From Octopus vulgaris (taxonomy: Eukaryota): a stretch of DNA of 64,000 bases. Below are positions 1 through 13,378 of this stretch, in pieces (positions within the stretch are counted from its first letter, which is position 1; each line of letters begins with the position of its first letter). The notes beneath the pieces were generated by a model. It had not been told where the DNA came from. It searched no databases and saw only the letters and a list, made by a program, of their open reading frames with translations. A program made the position numbers and the translations under genes. The stretch is from NCBI GenBank assembly GCA_951406725.2, contig OX597825.1, forward strand, positions 60,264,001 through 60,328,000, read 5' to 3'.

Positions 1-760
1 ACACATTAATTGCAAAGTTTGAACTCAGTCCGTCGGATCTAGCTAGATTCCATTTATGACATAAAACGGAAAATTATTGGCTTATTATAAAGCAGGAATT
101 ATTGAATTATTATGCAGACATACTGATTTATTTTATTAACAATCTCTTCAAGTCTATTTGGGGAAATAACGAAATATAAATCTTAGATGACAGATGGTTA
201 TCTATCGTTAAAGCAGTTTACAATAGATACAGCATTATTCATTATCGTCTCAAATTTCTGCAATCTTAAAGGTGAAACAATTTTTCAGCTGGCCTCTTAT
301 CTATCACTGCTAGATTAGCGCTGTTTATCTTGATTCTATATAACTATTGGTAATACTGAGCTGATGTATTGTAGTAATTTGTTGGACTAAATGAAATTCG
401 TAATGAACTTGTGAAAACAATTTACTGAACCATACAATTCAGCTAAAACGGATTCTGTGATTGTTTATGGGAAGGTGAACTCTTAGCCATTCCTCGCATT
501 TACCATTCTGTCAAACAGATCGGTTACACCGCAGAGCTACAGCAGCAATGACACATTAACACCAAGCATTTCTTCGTTACTACAAGTCGTCACTTTCGTA
601 CTGATTGTCTATAAATCTAACTCAAATGCGTATCGAAGACAATGGACGTATGGAAAGTAAGAACAATCCCAGTAGAGTATGTACGTAGAAAATAAGAGTA
701 CAACAGTAAGCAATGAACAACGTTGTTGATTCAGTCAAACAATACTAAAGGAGTAAATAA

Positions 761-971
761 GGCTGCGAGCTGGAAGAAGCGTTGGCACGCCGGGTGAAAT
801 GCTTAGCGGTGTTTCGTCTGTCTTGACGTTCTGAGTTCAAATTCCGACGAGATTTACTTTGCTTTCATACTTTCGGGGTCGATAAATTATGCACCAGTTG
901 CGTACTGGGATCGAGCTAATCGACTGGCTCCCTTCCCCAAAATTTCGGGCCTCTTGCCTAGAGTAGAAAAG
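761..971 (+). mobile_element. tRNA-derived SINE, family A (Meta/MESC-like core), tail type B
   Basis: A-box-like head gagctggaagaag and B box gagttcaaattcc; core ctttcatactttcggggtcgataaattatgcaccag. A 20-bp target-site duplication with 2 mismatches lies at 741-760 and 972-991. Confidence 0.85.
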
Positions 972-1017
972 AATGCTAAAGGAGTATATAATTTTATTAT
1001 ATTTGTACTGAAAGTAC

Positions 1018-1436
1018 TCTCTGTTGCTCTCTTTTACTCTTTTACTCTTACTTGTTTCAGTCATTTGACTGCGGCCATGCTGGAACACCGCCTTTAATCG
1101 AGCAACTCGACCCCGAGACTTATTCTTTTGTAACCCCAGTACTTATTCTATCGGTGTCTTTTGCCGAACCGCTAAGTAACGGGGACATAAACACACCAGC
1201 ATCGGTTGTCAAGCAATGCTAGGGGGACAAACACACTCACACAAACACACACACGCATATATATATATACATATATATGACGGGCTTCTTTCAGTTTCCG
1301 TCTACCAAATCCACTCACAAGGCTTTGGTCGGCCCGAGGCTATAGTAGAAGATACTTGCCCAAGGTGCCACGCAGTGGGACTGAACCCGGAACCATGTGG
1401 CTGGTTAGCAAGCTACTTACCACACAGCCACTCCTG
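1018..1436 (-). mobile_element. tRNA-derived SINE, family B (CORE-like), with internal microsatellite
   Basis: Minus strand reads ggagtggctgtgtggtaagtagcttgct...ggttccgggttcagtccc...ccttgggcaag and ends in a gaaacaagtaagagtaaaagag repeat tail. Matches 17411-17830. Confidence 0.85.
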
Positions 1437-1548
1437 CTAGTCAGATTTTCACAATTATTTGCTTATGTCGGTAACTTCGATCTCGTAAAGAATCACTTAA
1501 CTTGGAGTAGTAATGGGATTTAAAGACTCCAATCAATAAATTATCTCA

Positions 1549-1714
<166 letters not shown>

Positions 1715-1734
1715 ACTTAAGTGTGTGTACATAT

Positions 1735-1942
1735 ATGGGTGTGTGTCTTTATATTTGAGTTTGACATCTCACCGTATAACAACCAATTCTTGGATTGTTA
1801 CGACCCTTAACGTAGCAGCTTAGCAATTATACAAAAGCAGGTGATGAAATACCTAAGTATCAGGCTTAAAAAATTATATACTGAGGTCAGCTAAACTCTT
1901 CAAACTGTTGCTCCAGCATGGCTGCATTTTAATAACTGAAAA
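1735..1942 (+). mobile_element. Decayed 3' half of SINE family B
   Basis: gctccagcatggctgca...actgaaa and aagtatcaggctta match the family B tail. Confidence 0.55.
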
Positions 1943-1943
1943 G

Positions 1944-2002
<59 letters not shown>

Positions 2003-2129
2003 TGCGCAGGTTAGTCGGGCTAACTTTGACAGTTTGGGTTAAAAGGAATAGAAATAATAATATCCTACCCCCAAATAGAAGGCTATTTTGTATAAAATCC
2101 AAAATATACCTACATTATGATTAGAGATA

Positions 2130-2455
2130 ACAGTTTACGCTTTGTAGAAGCCCTCAGCTTCCACCACAGACGGCTCTGGAATGTTGCGCATGCGTTTCTC
2201 ACTGTATACCTCCTTCATCTTGGCCACCAGCTCGGCCTTGATGTTGCAGACAAGGCTGCTGGAGTCTTTCCAACCGCACTTAACTCAAATTAAAACTATT
2301 CATTTGAATTATAGTCAGAGGAATTGCAAAGCCAGAATTTGGGACAAGTGAATTCATAGAAATTCGCTGACAACTAATCCTCACTCTTTCTGGAGTTATG
2401 GCAAGGAAATCAACCCTGCTACCATACAAATAACCTTCCAGTTGCTGCCCTGTTC
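2130..2455 (-). pseudogene. Decayed Tc1/mariner (DD37D/maT-like) transposase, C-terminal part
   Basis: Minus-strand translation with stops gives GRLFVW*QG*FPCHNSRKSED*LSANFYEFTCPKFWLCNSSD...VRNACATFQSRL. This resembles the WQQDSAPCH...WPPNSPD...RNACxRFRSRL motifs. Confidence 0.7.
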
Positions 2456-2729
2456 TGTATTATATATCCCCGCGATGCCGAATTCACATCGGGGCAGTTG
2501 AATTCAGAAAGTAACAGATATAAATATTAGCAGCAAAACTATTACTCCGGTATGCCAATTCATTTAATAAATTTGTATTTATTATATTTATTTCAGAGTT
2601 TACAATCGCGCAATATCCGTGTGAATGTAATCCTTCAGCTGTGCAAAATAAATCAACTGAAATATGATCCATTGCAACGTATCCGTTTCGAACTGAATCT
2701 TAAGCAGGGCTGTCTATAAATGCTGCCTC

Positions 2730-3559
2730 TCATAAGTATATGCAAATCTTGTATCGAATAATGTATCATAAAAAGGAATTCCATTTACTTGAAATACAAG
2801 ACATCATTCATGAAATTTACGAAATATGTCAGGTTCGTTGAGGAAGCTATACTCACCAATAACCTTTACGGCTACCCACACCATCTTGTGAATATCAAAT
2901 CAATTATAAACAAATTCTTCCACTAACAACACCATGACATGCTCCGGTAATGACCCTTACCTTCCAAATAATTCATGAAATAGCCTAAATAAAATAAACA
3001 AGTAAATTATTAATGGGCAAATACATACAGACTTCTTACATTCTACTTGTCCTTGAAAATTTCCTTACAAAAAATAGATGGTACACTTATTTACTACGCT
3101 TCCAAAAACTGGACCAAAGTTTCACGCAGAGGACTGAATTCAATAAAACAAAAACTAACCAAAACTAATGACACATCCACTGCCCAAAACATACCGCTAC
3201 CTACCTACATAATTTTGGTGGACTACTGAAAACAGTCCCATGACCTGAAGTTGATACACCTATCTATACACAGTTGTTTACAAAGTATTAGACGCATGAA
3301 TAAATTCTAAACCAAAATTTAATCAGGAAAAAATCCTCTAGCGACTCTCCATTTCACCCTACGTGACAACCGAATTACTATTCAACTGAACCTCACAAAC
3401 CCCTGAAATTTTGTTTTATCTCAACAGAGATTACATAAAGCTAAGACTGACGTAATTCAGTCTTGTGATGGCCGAAATTTACACGACACGATCAATATTA
3501 TTCTTGTTAAAAAATTAACAAATCACTATTCTTGTTAAAAAATAATAAATCTGTACTGC

Positions 3560-3562
<3 letters not shown>
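2730..3562 (+). mobile_element. Possible highly decayed Penelope-like element fragment
   Basis: ILTNNLYGYPHHLVNIKSIINKF at ~2848-2920 resembles the PLE thumb NGYP motif. The segment ends with AATAAA and a (TA)n tract. Confidence 0.3.
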
Positions 3563-3632
<70 letters not shown>

Positions 3633-3699
3633 GGGAGTATAGCTCCAAACTTACAAGGAAATATTAGCTTTAGTATTTCACAATATAAATATATAAAAT

Positions 3700-4250
3700 A
3701 TGAATTAGTGATAAAACCACTATTATGCAACGCAATATGAGTTAAGGATATTCGTGAGTTTATTATGTTTTTTATAAAGCCATATTATACCTTCAAATAT
3801 AAATACATATTTCTCTCTATTTTTACCTTTCAAATAAATATTTAACATAATAAATGGGTTGTATGACATAATCCTAATGTTTTTAGTATCTAATTTAGAT
3901 AATGGAGTTTTTTTATGAGAAAATGTTTTTTTTTATTTGTTTCTTTAAAAATATTGTTTAACTCTATTTGCTTAATTATTTAACTATTATCATTAGCCTG
4001 AAGAATGACTATAGTTTTATTTCGAATTTATTTCAATTAAATTTAACCTTAATTGTAATTCGAATTTAATTATAGCCATGAAACGTACGTAGTGTTTTTA
4101 CTTATTATATTTATCATTCTTTTTATACTTTTTGGAAACAAAAATAAAAAAATTATATATATATATATATATATGTTATTTATTATTTATGTATTGGTTT
4201 ATGTCTATCACTGTTTGAGTTGCATAATAGTGGTTTTATCTCTAATTCAT
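3700..4250 (+). mobile_element. Non-autonomous PLE-like (pLTR) element with inverted ends between (TA)n tracts
   Basis: 36-bp inverted repeat at 3700-3735 / 4215-4250 enclosing an HHR motif. Confidence 0.6.
3996..4093 (+). ncRNA. Type I hammerhead ribozyme motif with long stem II and decayed stem I
   Basis: CTGAAGA at 3998-4004; stem II atgactata/tatagccat with an inner ttcgaatt/aattcgaa extension; GAAA at 4080-4083; palindromic stem III ACGTACGT; GUA cleavage triplet. Confidence 0.65.
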
Positions 4251-4993
4251 ACTATATATATATATAGCAATATGTTTGTACGTGTATATATGTGTGTGCG
4301 TGCATTTAAGTATGTGCTTATGTACATACGAGGTGTATTTGAGTATACTTAATTATCAGAATGCTATACTCTTTATGACAATCATACATTTCCTTTTAAT
4401 TTCTTTCACATACTTAATGACAGCTAAAAGACTAACAAAAAAATTGAAAAGACAGGCATTCATTACTGCTCTATCTGTAAAAGTTAGGTGATTTAGAAAT
4501 TCCCTACTCCCTGCATGATCATATGTACACAAATTTCGGATGGAATTAGAAGCCTCTAGCCGGAATGCATCAAAGGTCTGAAAGGTTAAGAAAAAGAGAT
4601 ATTCAGCTGAATACACGTCATTGATTGGTTTAAATTACCGAAATAGGACTACTTTAACGTGAAATAACTTCGTAAATATAAGTTTTTCTCAAACATGTTA
4701 AGAGTAAAACATGTTTTGTATGACACATTCTACCAGTGTCCGAAGTTTTAAAGTGTTTAATTAGAAAAATAATTTTTTAAATCTGTAACTGAAAAGGTAA
4801 AGATCCATGCAAAGCGTTGCTTTGATCGCGACTTCTCTGGGAGGGGCGACTTTAAATTTGTCCCTCTCCCTTCGTAACATTTAAAATATTTGGCAAGCTC
4901 TCTTCCATATCCTATATATCTTGTCTTCACTCCGGTAGCTTGTGAAAAGTTTTTTTCCATTTATAACTTCTCTGCAACTGGCATACACTTTAA

Positions 4994-5574
4994 TTCATTT
5001 ACTTCGAAATTTGCTATAAAATTGTGGTTTTTGGCCCTGTTGGATGCTATTTATAGCATGTAAAATTACCTTTTAAAGGGTAATTTTCTATTTTGAAATA
5101 CGAGTATGTTGTCTATTGACTTTTTATACATGCTAGGCCACTGGCGGTGATATTTATAACGAGTATTCGCCACCCTATATATATATGTACCTTATGAATA
5201 TGTTCTTAGCATTCTCGAAGTTTCAGCTCGGTATTGTATCTATTGCTGACTGTAAATACGCCTGCGCGCGATATTTGGAAAATTATAGCATATAATGATG
5301 GGACACGTGTTATCTTGTCTCTGAATTATAAGTTAGTTGTTTAGGCCGGTTACTGACGAGGATTCGCCTGGTAGATAATATGGTCTTGCAAAATTATCTA
5401 TCAAAAATCTGAAACCGTTATATAACAAGGTAAAGGTTTTTATTTTTCATTTACTTCGAAATTTGCTATAAAATTATGGTTTTTGGCCGTGTTGGCTGCT
5501 ATTTCTAGCATGTAAAATTACCTGTTAAAAGTAATTTTCTAGTTTGAAATACGAATATGTTGTCTATTGACTTT
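4994..5574 (+). repeat. ~130-bp direct repeat with ~452-bp period (tandem pLTR/retrozyme-like)
   Basis: 4994-5123 matches 5446-5574. An HHR motif lies between the copies. The sequence is related to 14238-14423. Confidence 0.8.
5349..5426 (+). ncRNA. Type I hammerhead ribozyme motif, stem III decayed
   Basis: gtta-CTGACGA (5353-5359); stem II ggatt/aatct extended by tggtagataat/attatctatca; GAAAC at 5411; stem I gtta/taac. Confidence 0.6.
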
Positions 5575-6354
5575 AATTCCATCGACAGAACAGTTTTACT
5601 GGTACTTGGTCCGTAATTTGTGGTACATGATCCATGATTCGAACATTTGGTTGGTAATTTTTCCATTTCTTTTGTAAAAAATTTTTCCCTTTTTTCTTTC
5701 TTATTTTTTGTAGGTTTCCCCACTAGGAGCAAAACAACGCAATACAAGTCTACCTACGGCAGATAACAAATTTATGTTTAACAAAAGAAATTAACAAACA
5801 CAACAGTTAGCAGTAGCACCATCCTTCAAAAACAAGAACTCAGCAAAGTGAGGAGAACGAATTAATTCTTTATTGCCCACAAGGGGCTAAACATAGAGAG
5901 GACGGTACAAGGACAGACAGAGACATAAAATATAAAAGCGATGGATGAAATGAAATGTACAAAAGGAAGATGAACGCTATAGCTAGAGTCCCACAATAAG
6001 CAATCACGTTATTACTGTTCATTTTCTGTTCATTAACTACTAAATTATAGATGCTTTCGATCTAGTTTGGATTCTTTGCCACCAAATTTGAATTCTTTGC
6101 TATCAAATTTGAATTTTTTAATTAGTGCTCAAACCTTGAAAAAAAAAGAGAGTTAAACTACATCAGCCGTAAGGGAATATCTTAACTATCTCGTCCAGTA
6201 GAGCCCATCAATTGATATCTGAAAAGTTCGATCAAATAACTCATGAACCCTGCGATAGCTTCTACCGAAAGACGCTCCCTTACGTCGACAGTCTGAACAA
6301 GGGGAGATAATAAACGAATGATTATTTTTCTATTATCTCCCCATGTATATATAT

Positions 6355-6584
6355 ATGTGTGTGTGTGTGTATGTGTGTGTATGTTTGTGTGTATGTCTTT
6401 GTCTCCCCAACATCGCTTGACAACCTTTGCAGGTGTGTTTACGTCCCCGCAACTTAGCGGTTCGTCAAAAGAACCGATAGAATAAGTACTAGACTTACAA
6501 AGAATAAGTCCTGGGGTCGATCTGCTCGACTAAAAGCGGCGCTCGAGCATGGCCACAGTCAAATGACTGAAACAAGTAAAAGAG
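6355..6584 (+). mobile_element. 3' half of SINE family B
   Basis: catcgcttgacaacc...cttagcggttcg...gaataagtactag...atgactgaaacaagtaaaagag. Confidence 0.85.
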
Positions 6585-6765
6585 TATATGCATATAAATA
6601 TTTACGCATAAATGTCTGTGCCTATTTTTTCAATTTGTACAAATAACACGTTAAAAAATTAATAGTTACCAAGGTAGTAAAAATTCACATAAGTGCCAAG
6701 GATGTTACTGCCTTCTTATAAAAGTAGAAATTCCAGTGTTTAGTGAAATGTTTTGATTATCATGG

Positions 6766-6846
6766 ATAAATTAAGAAATTGAGTTAAACGCAGGTGTTAT
6801 TCAATAACAATATTTGAATAACACCCGCGTTTAACTCCATTTCTTA

Positions 6847-6852
<6 letters not shown>
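6766..6852. repeat. Fold-back inverted repeat (39-bp arms, 9-nt loop) abutting (TA)n
   Basis: ataaattaagaaattgagttaaacgcaggtgttattcaa pairs with ttgaataacacccgcgtttaactccatttcttaatttat, 2 mismatches. Confidence 0.92.
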
Positions 6853-6942
<90 letters not shown>

Positions 6943-7008
6943 GGTCCCGGGTTGATTAGGGGTTAACCACAGTAAATAAGGTACTCAATACATAGCAGAG
7001 TAAAATTA

Positions 7009-7140
7009 ATTTATTATATAGAAGGAGCTTCTACAGGACTAGAACTGTTTCATTCAAGAGAAATCTTCAGGAAGCTTCCTGAAGATTTCTCTTGAATGAA
7101 ACAGTTCTAGTCCTGTAGAAGCTCCTTCTATATAATAAAT
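7009..7140. repeat. Perfect 132-bp palindrome with no spacer, followed by (TA)n
   Basis: The two 66-bp arms are exact reverse complements centred on aag|ctt at 7074/7075. Confidence 0.97.
7073..7123 (+). ncRNA. Type I hammerhead ribozyme, apparently intact core (mirrored on the minus strand)
   Basis: Stem I agcttc/gaagct; CTGAAGA at 7079-7085; stem II t-ttc-tctt-gaa-t; GAA then stem III ACAG/CTGT; GUA cleavage after 7117. Confidence 0.75.
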
Positions 7141-7389
7141 ATATATATATATATATATATATTTGACTCTATGTATATTTATATACTTTCTTATTTTTTA
7201 AAAATAGATTAGTATGCAAATATAACTGCATATAGCTTTATAAATGTAAAGTACCTTCCATATAGCCTGAGTTTTTTTGAGGTTGGTTAGAGAGCGTGTG
7301 TGCGAAAATGTTACGAAAAACCTGCGTTCTTGCATATACATGTGTTTGGTTTTGTGTGGGTATGTGCGTGTGCGTGCGTGCGTGTGTGT

Positions 7390-7427
<38 letters not shown>

Positions 7428-9735
7428 AATCGAGCACCTTGCACTATGAAATATAGAAGTGTTAGTAAGTAGATTAACAGCACCATAAATGTTTGAATAG
7501 ATGCATTAAGATGTCCTGTTGAAATGGTCTCATATATATCTGAGAGTCTGTTATTTTTTGCATCATAAAAGTACATAAGTGGATATACGTTTACATGTAA
7601 ATGAATATATATAATATTAAGACATACTGACATTCATGCCACACACACACACATAGGAACACACATGCCTTCGACAAAATATAAATATCGATATGTATGT
7701 ATGCATCTATATATCTATCTATCTGTCTATATATCTATATATGTATATACTTATGTATATATATGTATATAGATAGATATATAAAAAATAGTTAACGGCC
7801 CATAGATACACACTCACACACACACACATATATTGTGTGTATCAGTGTATGTATGCATTATTCTTGAGTGCTTGTAGTACCATCGGAGATAAGATGCTTC
7901 TTTTTTATATGTTCCGCGCAATATTATTTCTTTTATGCTGTTCGCATATTTTGATGGAATATATCCTACTTTCTAGATAATGTCTTTTTGCTTCTACGTT
8001 TCAGTTATTTATCGCCCCTTTTTCCTCTCCTCTCCTCTCTAAACATCTAGTCTTCAATGAAAGATATAATTTTTTTTATTCTCAGTGTGTAGTTAAACTT
8101 AAAATTTTCTACTATCAATAATATAATGATCTGAATACTCGAAGAAGAAGTAAATTTATTTCAAACTACAGTGACTCATAGCCTGACCCTTACAAATGTT
8201 GCTGAGATTACTTAAACTATATCAGAGTTGGGAATATTTTTGCTAAATTCTGATGTACAGGTAACCTTTTACTGCAAGCTAATAAATCACGGGTGACTTG
8301 CACAGAGAAACACATTTTTAGTGTGTAATAATTCCTTTTACTCAAACCGTAATCAATATTGATTATCTTCAAGCGTAGACCTCTGTACATTAAGTAAAGC
8401 AATGCACTATATCATATGTATTCATATAAGATAGCAGTAAATATCAGGTCATCTTGAATAGCTTTATAAACAATATAATCATCTAATGTCTCCTTCGTAA
8501 GTTCAGATAATAAATAATATAAAATATTCCAAAACTGCCATTTGATATGCAATAGGAAATATTTGGTTAAATGACGACTTATTTGCGGGGTTCTTTTTTG
8601 TTTTTGATTTATTAATTTTAATTTCCATTCAATCCTGCGAAATAAAAAGTTGCTTAGTAAAGGCCGAACGTAATCGACCAAATTCCCATTGTATTCAATC
8701 AAGGAACAGAACACTACCGTACGAAATAGATACAAAGAATACTCTCCCTAATATATGATATTATGTGCCGTTAAATATTGTTTCAAACATTATATTACGT
8801 CACTCATTCAAATTGCTGAATTTTAAAAAATGGCTTCGCTACAGTTAATTTATATAAATCATCTAATGATGTCTTACGTGTTACATTTATATTTTTTAAA
8901 GATAAAGAAAGTAAGAACAAAATGTTTGGTTACTCTGACGGAGTATTATATGGATGATAAAGCTGAGTTAATAATATCATTTGATGTAATAATATCATGA
9001 TTTATTATTTTAGTGTTGAATTAAAAAGTTAGTAAACATCCAAATAACAATGTTCTGGAGTAATCCGTAATTAATTAATGGACTGACCTATCACATACAA
9101 CATGTTTGTCTAAGTATTAATTCCGTGCAGAAATGTGAGTTGATAGTTTAATAAAATCATAACATATTGAAATAATGTAACAGAAAATAGCTGCTCTGTT
9201 GCTGGTTTGGGCTTTAATTCTTAATCATATATAAGAATTCAGATGGAGAAATTGAGGGGTAGCTAAATTGGCGTAATGTATTTTGTGATAAATTAAAGCG
9301 CAGGCGGGGACATGGTATTTTAGATATAACACGTTTCCTCGAACTGGTTTTTGTAATTCAATTTGTTTCATAAAACATAGCCAACGCACGCTGCTTTGCT
9401 TTGTGGTCTGTCTTTGGATTTGATGGGACAGCATGTAATGGAGTATATTTTCCTTTTGCGCCGTTGTTGTTATTGCTATTATGTGCAATTCTAAGAAAGG
9501 TCCAGGCTACATATCATTGGTCAGATCTGTCTATTTGAGTAAGTTGGTAACACAGTTTGCTATGACTCATCAATATACACATATATGTTATTGGCGTTTT
9601 TATTGGCATGCATTGCTGAGTTCAGCTCTGCCTAAAGTGATTTTAGAACTGGCTGCTTTCTATACCCAAAACATAACATCCATTAAATATTTGCCTTTGA
9701 ACGTTACATAGATTCATCATACGATTACATTTACA

Positions 9736-9784
<49 letters not shown>

Positions 9785-12700
9785 GGAATAAATTTGACGG
9801 TGTACTTACTCGATAGAAATATATCAATTGATTTTATTCTTGCTTTTTATTAAATTAATTTGATTGTAGAAGGATATTGATCCTTTGTGGAAAGTGTATG
9901 TTTTCACGGACCTTGTAAGGTTAGCCTCTCAGGCTAATCCGTTTCCATATCAGTTTCTCTTTCTCTTTCCCTCTCTAACAGACATATATTTCATTTAATA
10001 TTTTGAATTCAAATACTTTCGCAGCTATCACTGCCCTAATATCTAACCCAATGTCTCTCTTTCCCAAACTAATCCAATTGATATCTCAGCTATTATCATT
10101 ATTATCAAAGTTCTCTCTCAAACCAGCTATCATTTCTTCGAACTTATTCTCCTCTTCTTCACATCCATCACGTTATTGGATTCCTATTGCTGAACATATA
10201 TTCCCTATGCTTCGGAAAATGGGAAATGGAAACACGAGCAAAATTGCGTTAAGTGCTTTAACAACGAAAGTGAAATGAAATTATTACTGTAATCAAGAAC
10301 TGAAATTGTGTTATAAACATGTATTACCGAACAATGCAGTTCAGAATTTCGAGCATTTATTGCATACATATTCCATAATTTTATATTCTAGTTTTGCTCG
10401 TGTTTATCTTCTTATTTTAAACAGTAACCTAATATCTGTATTTACACAATAGAAAGAAATAGATTTTATGAATTTCATGACATTTTTAGAGGATCAACAA
10501 TATACATCAAATGATGTGCTGGTAACTGGAAAACGAAATCGCCGACTTAGCTCTTTGTAAGTCGACACTTACTCCACAGGACTGATCTACATTTGTCGCA
10601 CGAGACTCTTCACAGTTTTATCTAATCTGGCGCCAGTTGCTCAGTTTACAGTACGGCTCCGCAACAGTGGCTTCTGTAACTAATTAAAGTAATTTAATTT
10701 GACTTGCGATTTTAGTTACATCACTTTACATGCTGTGTAGAATGTTCGCCGCCGAAGTCGATAAATTCGAATATTCACTCCCCTCAAACAGGAGGATGTG
10801 TACCTACTTAAGGAACACATACACATACGCCCATATAATTAATAAGCAGTCAAAGATATTCCGTAATGTAGGAACATCACAATATTTCGTTCAGCTCCTT
10901 TAAAATACAGTATCCATTAGAAAAAACCCAAATGCAGTATTACTACAGTGAAGTCAAATACTTCCAAATAATACTGTTACATATTCATTTTAATGAACGT
11001 AAGGTTTGTTTACTTAAAGCTTTGAAGATTTCGAAGGAAAATTGCAAGTTAATCAATACAGCTTTGTACAATCGGAGGAGCATCGGAAGAAATGTCATGC
11101 GGTATTTAGTTACTACGCATTACACCCTAATGTGGAACTCAGCCAAAATAGATTTTCATCACTCCGGTACAAGAAAATAAAATACCAGTCAAAACACAGG
11201 GCCAATTTTTTCGATTGTCCTTGTTTTTGTTATTTGTGACTCCGTGCTTATATTATACATTATTATATTCAAACCAATTCAGATTGCAAGGAAATTTAAT
11301 CTAGCTTATAAAATATAGAAAAAAAAAATGAAAATGTTGTTGGATTTTTCAACTTAGTACTCATTTCTTCCATTCTCGTTCTGATTTCAATTTCACTGAC
11401 GTGAACATTTATTTTACAGACGTTGATAAAATACATACTAATCAAATATTAGACACAATTTAATCAAACACTTCCTCTTTTAACCTGTGTGGCCTCACGA
11501 TTAAGAATATGGATAATATAACGTAGATAAATCGGGTAATCATCGTCGATTAGAAATAAGTTTAAATAATCTAAGGGCTTCAATCACCGCTGTTTGACTT
11601 CGTTTCATTGATCGTACTATGTTGGAAGAATTTAAACGTGACAAAATACCATATGTCTAACTATATGGAGCTGCATTTCTTAATCAAAGATACCGTTATA
11701 TTATATATGTATATATGAATTCTATTTCTCGTTTTAAAAACGATATATGTTTATTAAGTAAAATACAAAGCATTGATACATAGGTAAACTATTTCCTCTA
11801 TTACTCTCTCTTCCCGCTTTATGGCATGCAGAAGGCCAGAAACACCAGAAAATATTGATTGTTTTCGACGTCGATAATTAAAAATACACAACTACTGTAA
11901 CCTGAACTCTAGATTGTATTTGAATTGCATTTTAAGTTAACTACATGTAGCTTCGTTTCATGAAGTAATCTAAGTTAAATAAACCATTAAGCATTAATAT
12001 TTTAATATCTGGTATTGTCTTTGAAAACTAATGCTTATTTTCAAATTTCATTTCATAGACAGTTATCTAACGAGGAGACCGTAGGACACAATTCAATTTT
12101 AAGTATACAAAGCCTTGTGGTTAAAGAGAAACGATTTTCATCTATGTGATTTCAAGTTAGGTTTTAATGAGCAGCAAATGGTTTAACTTCTACCATAGCT
12201 CGAAGATGAATTCCACCTCAGTGAGTGAAATTACATAAATAGAAACTATGCAGAAACTCTTCTGAAAGATAGTTTCTGATCTACTCCAAATATAAAATGG
12301 CACCAAGTTAAATACAACCGCTCAGCCCTTGGATACCTTTACTAGAATTGCTTAAATGGAATTCAGATTTGACGGTAAAAATGTTATTAGAAAAGCGTTC
12401 TACTTTCAGAGCAACACTCTCTAACCGATTATAGAGGTTATGAAATGTGTTATGACAATCGCACTTTCTTCACTAAGCAATAAAAATTACATATTTCCGA
12501 ACTCTTCATGCTATAGTATTCATGGTTATTGTGTACGGGTTTCTTTATATCTGCTTATAATATATTAACGTATAAATTTACTTATTCTTGATATATGTTG
12601 ATATACAAAGGTATAAATTTACATGTTGTTTATATAAGCTTATATGAAAACATAAATTTATAACTTCGTACCAAGTATTTCCGTTCGTTTTATTCTCTCA

Positions 12701-12986
12701 CGCTATAACCCTATCTACCCGCCTGCCGTTTTGTGTCAAACTCACTGTTTACGTATTCATATTTGTTTCTACAACCAGTAAAATGCAGATCAAGTGTCTT
12801 TTTTAATATTATAACTAGAACATAGTACCAAGTATCACTACATGAACATTGTAGTTTCTTAGCATGTGGCTATAATAACTTTATGCACGGAGAAATTTAT
12901 TACAAATGCTGAAAGCTCTATACAATAGTCATACAATTTTCTCAGAAGTAAACTGAATTTTTATCAACTGATATAATTCATGGAAA

Positions 12987-13378
12987 GTGGAGGCGCACTG
13001 GCCCAGTGGTTAGGGCAGCGGACTCGTGGTCATAGGATCGCTGTTTCGATTCCCAGAACGGGCGTTGTGAGTGTTTATTGAGCGAAAACACCTAAAGCTC
13101 CACGAGGCTCCGGCAGGGGATGGTGGTGATCCCTGCTGTACTCTTTCACCACAACTTTCTCTCACTCTTACTTCATGTTTCTGTTGTACCTGTATTTCAA
13201 AGGGCCGGCCTTGTCACTCTCTGTGTCACGCTGAATAACCCCGAGAACTACGTTAATGGTACGCGTGACTGTGGAGTGCTCAGCCACTTACACGTTCATT
13301 TCACGAGCAGGCTGTTCCGTTGATTCGGATCAACCGGAACCCTCGTCGTCGTAACCGACGGAGTGCTTCCATCCATCA
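12987..13378 (+). mobile_element. Full-length tRNA-derived SINE, family C, tail 1
   Basis: Head tggcccagtggttagggcagcggactc...gtttcgattccc with A and B boxes. Perfect 12-bp TSD aattcatggaaa at 12975-12986 and 13379-13390. Confidence 0.9.

Noticed and set aside
9885-9960. Minus-strand hammerhead-like remnant around the ttagcctctcaggctaa hairpin
   Set aside because: Core too degenerate (CTGATAT) to call.
12989-13065. tRNA gene
   Set aside because: It is the head of a TSD-flanked SINE, with no proper acceptor stem or terminator.
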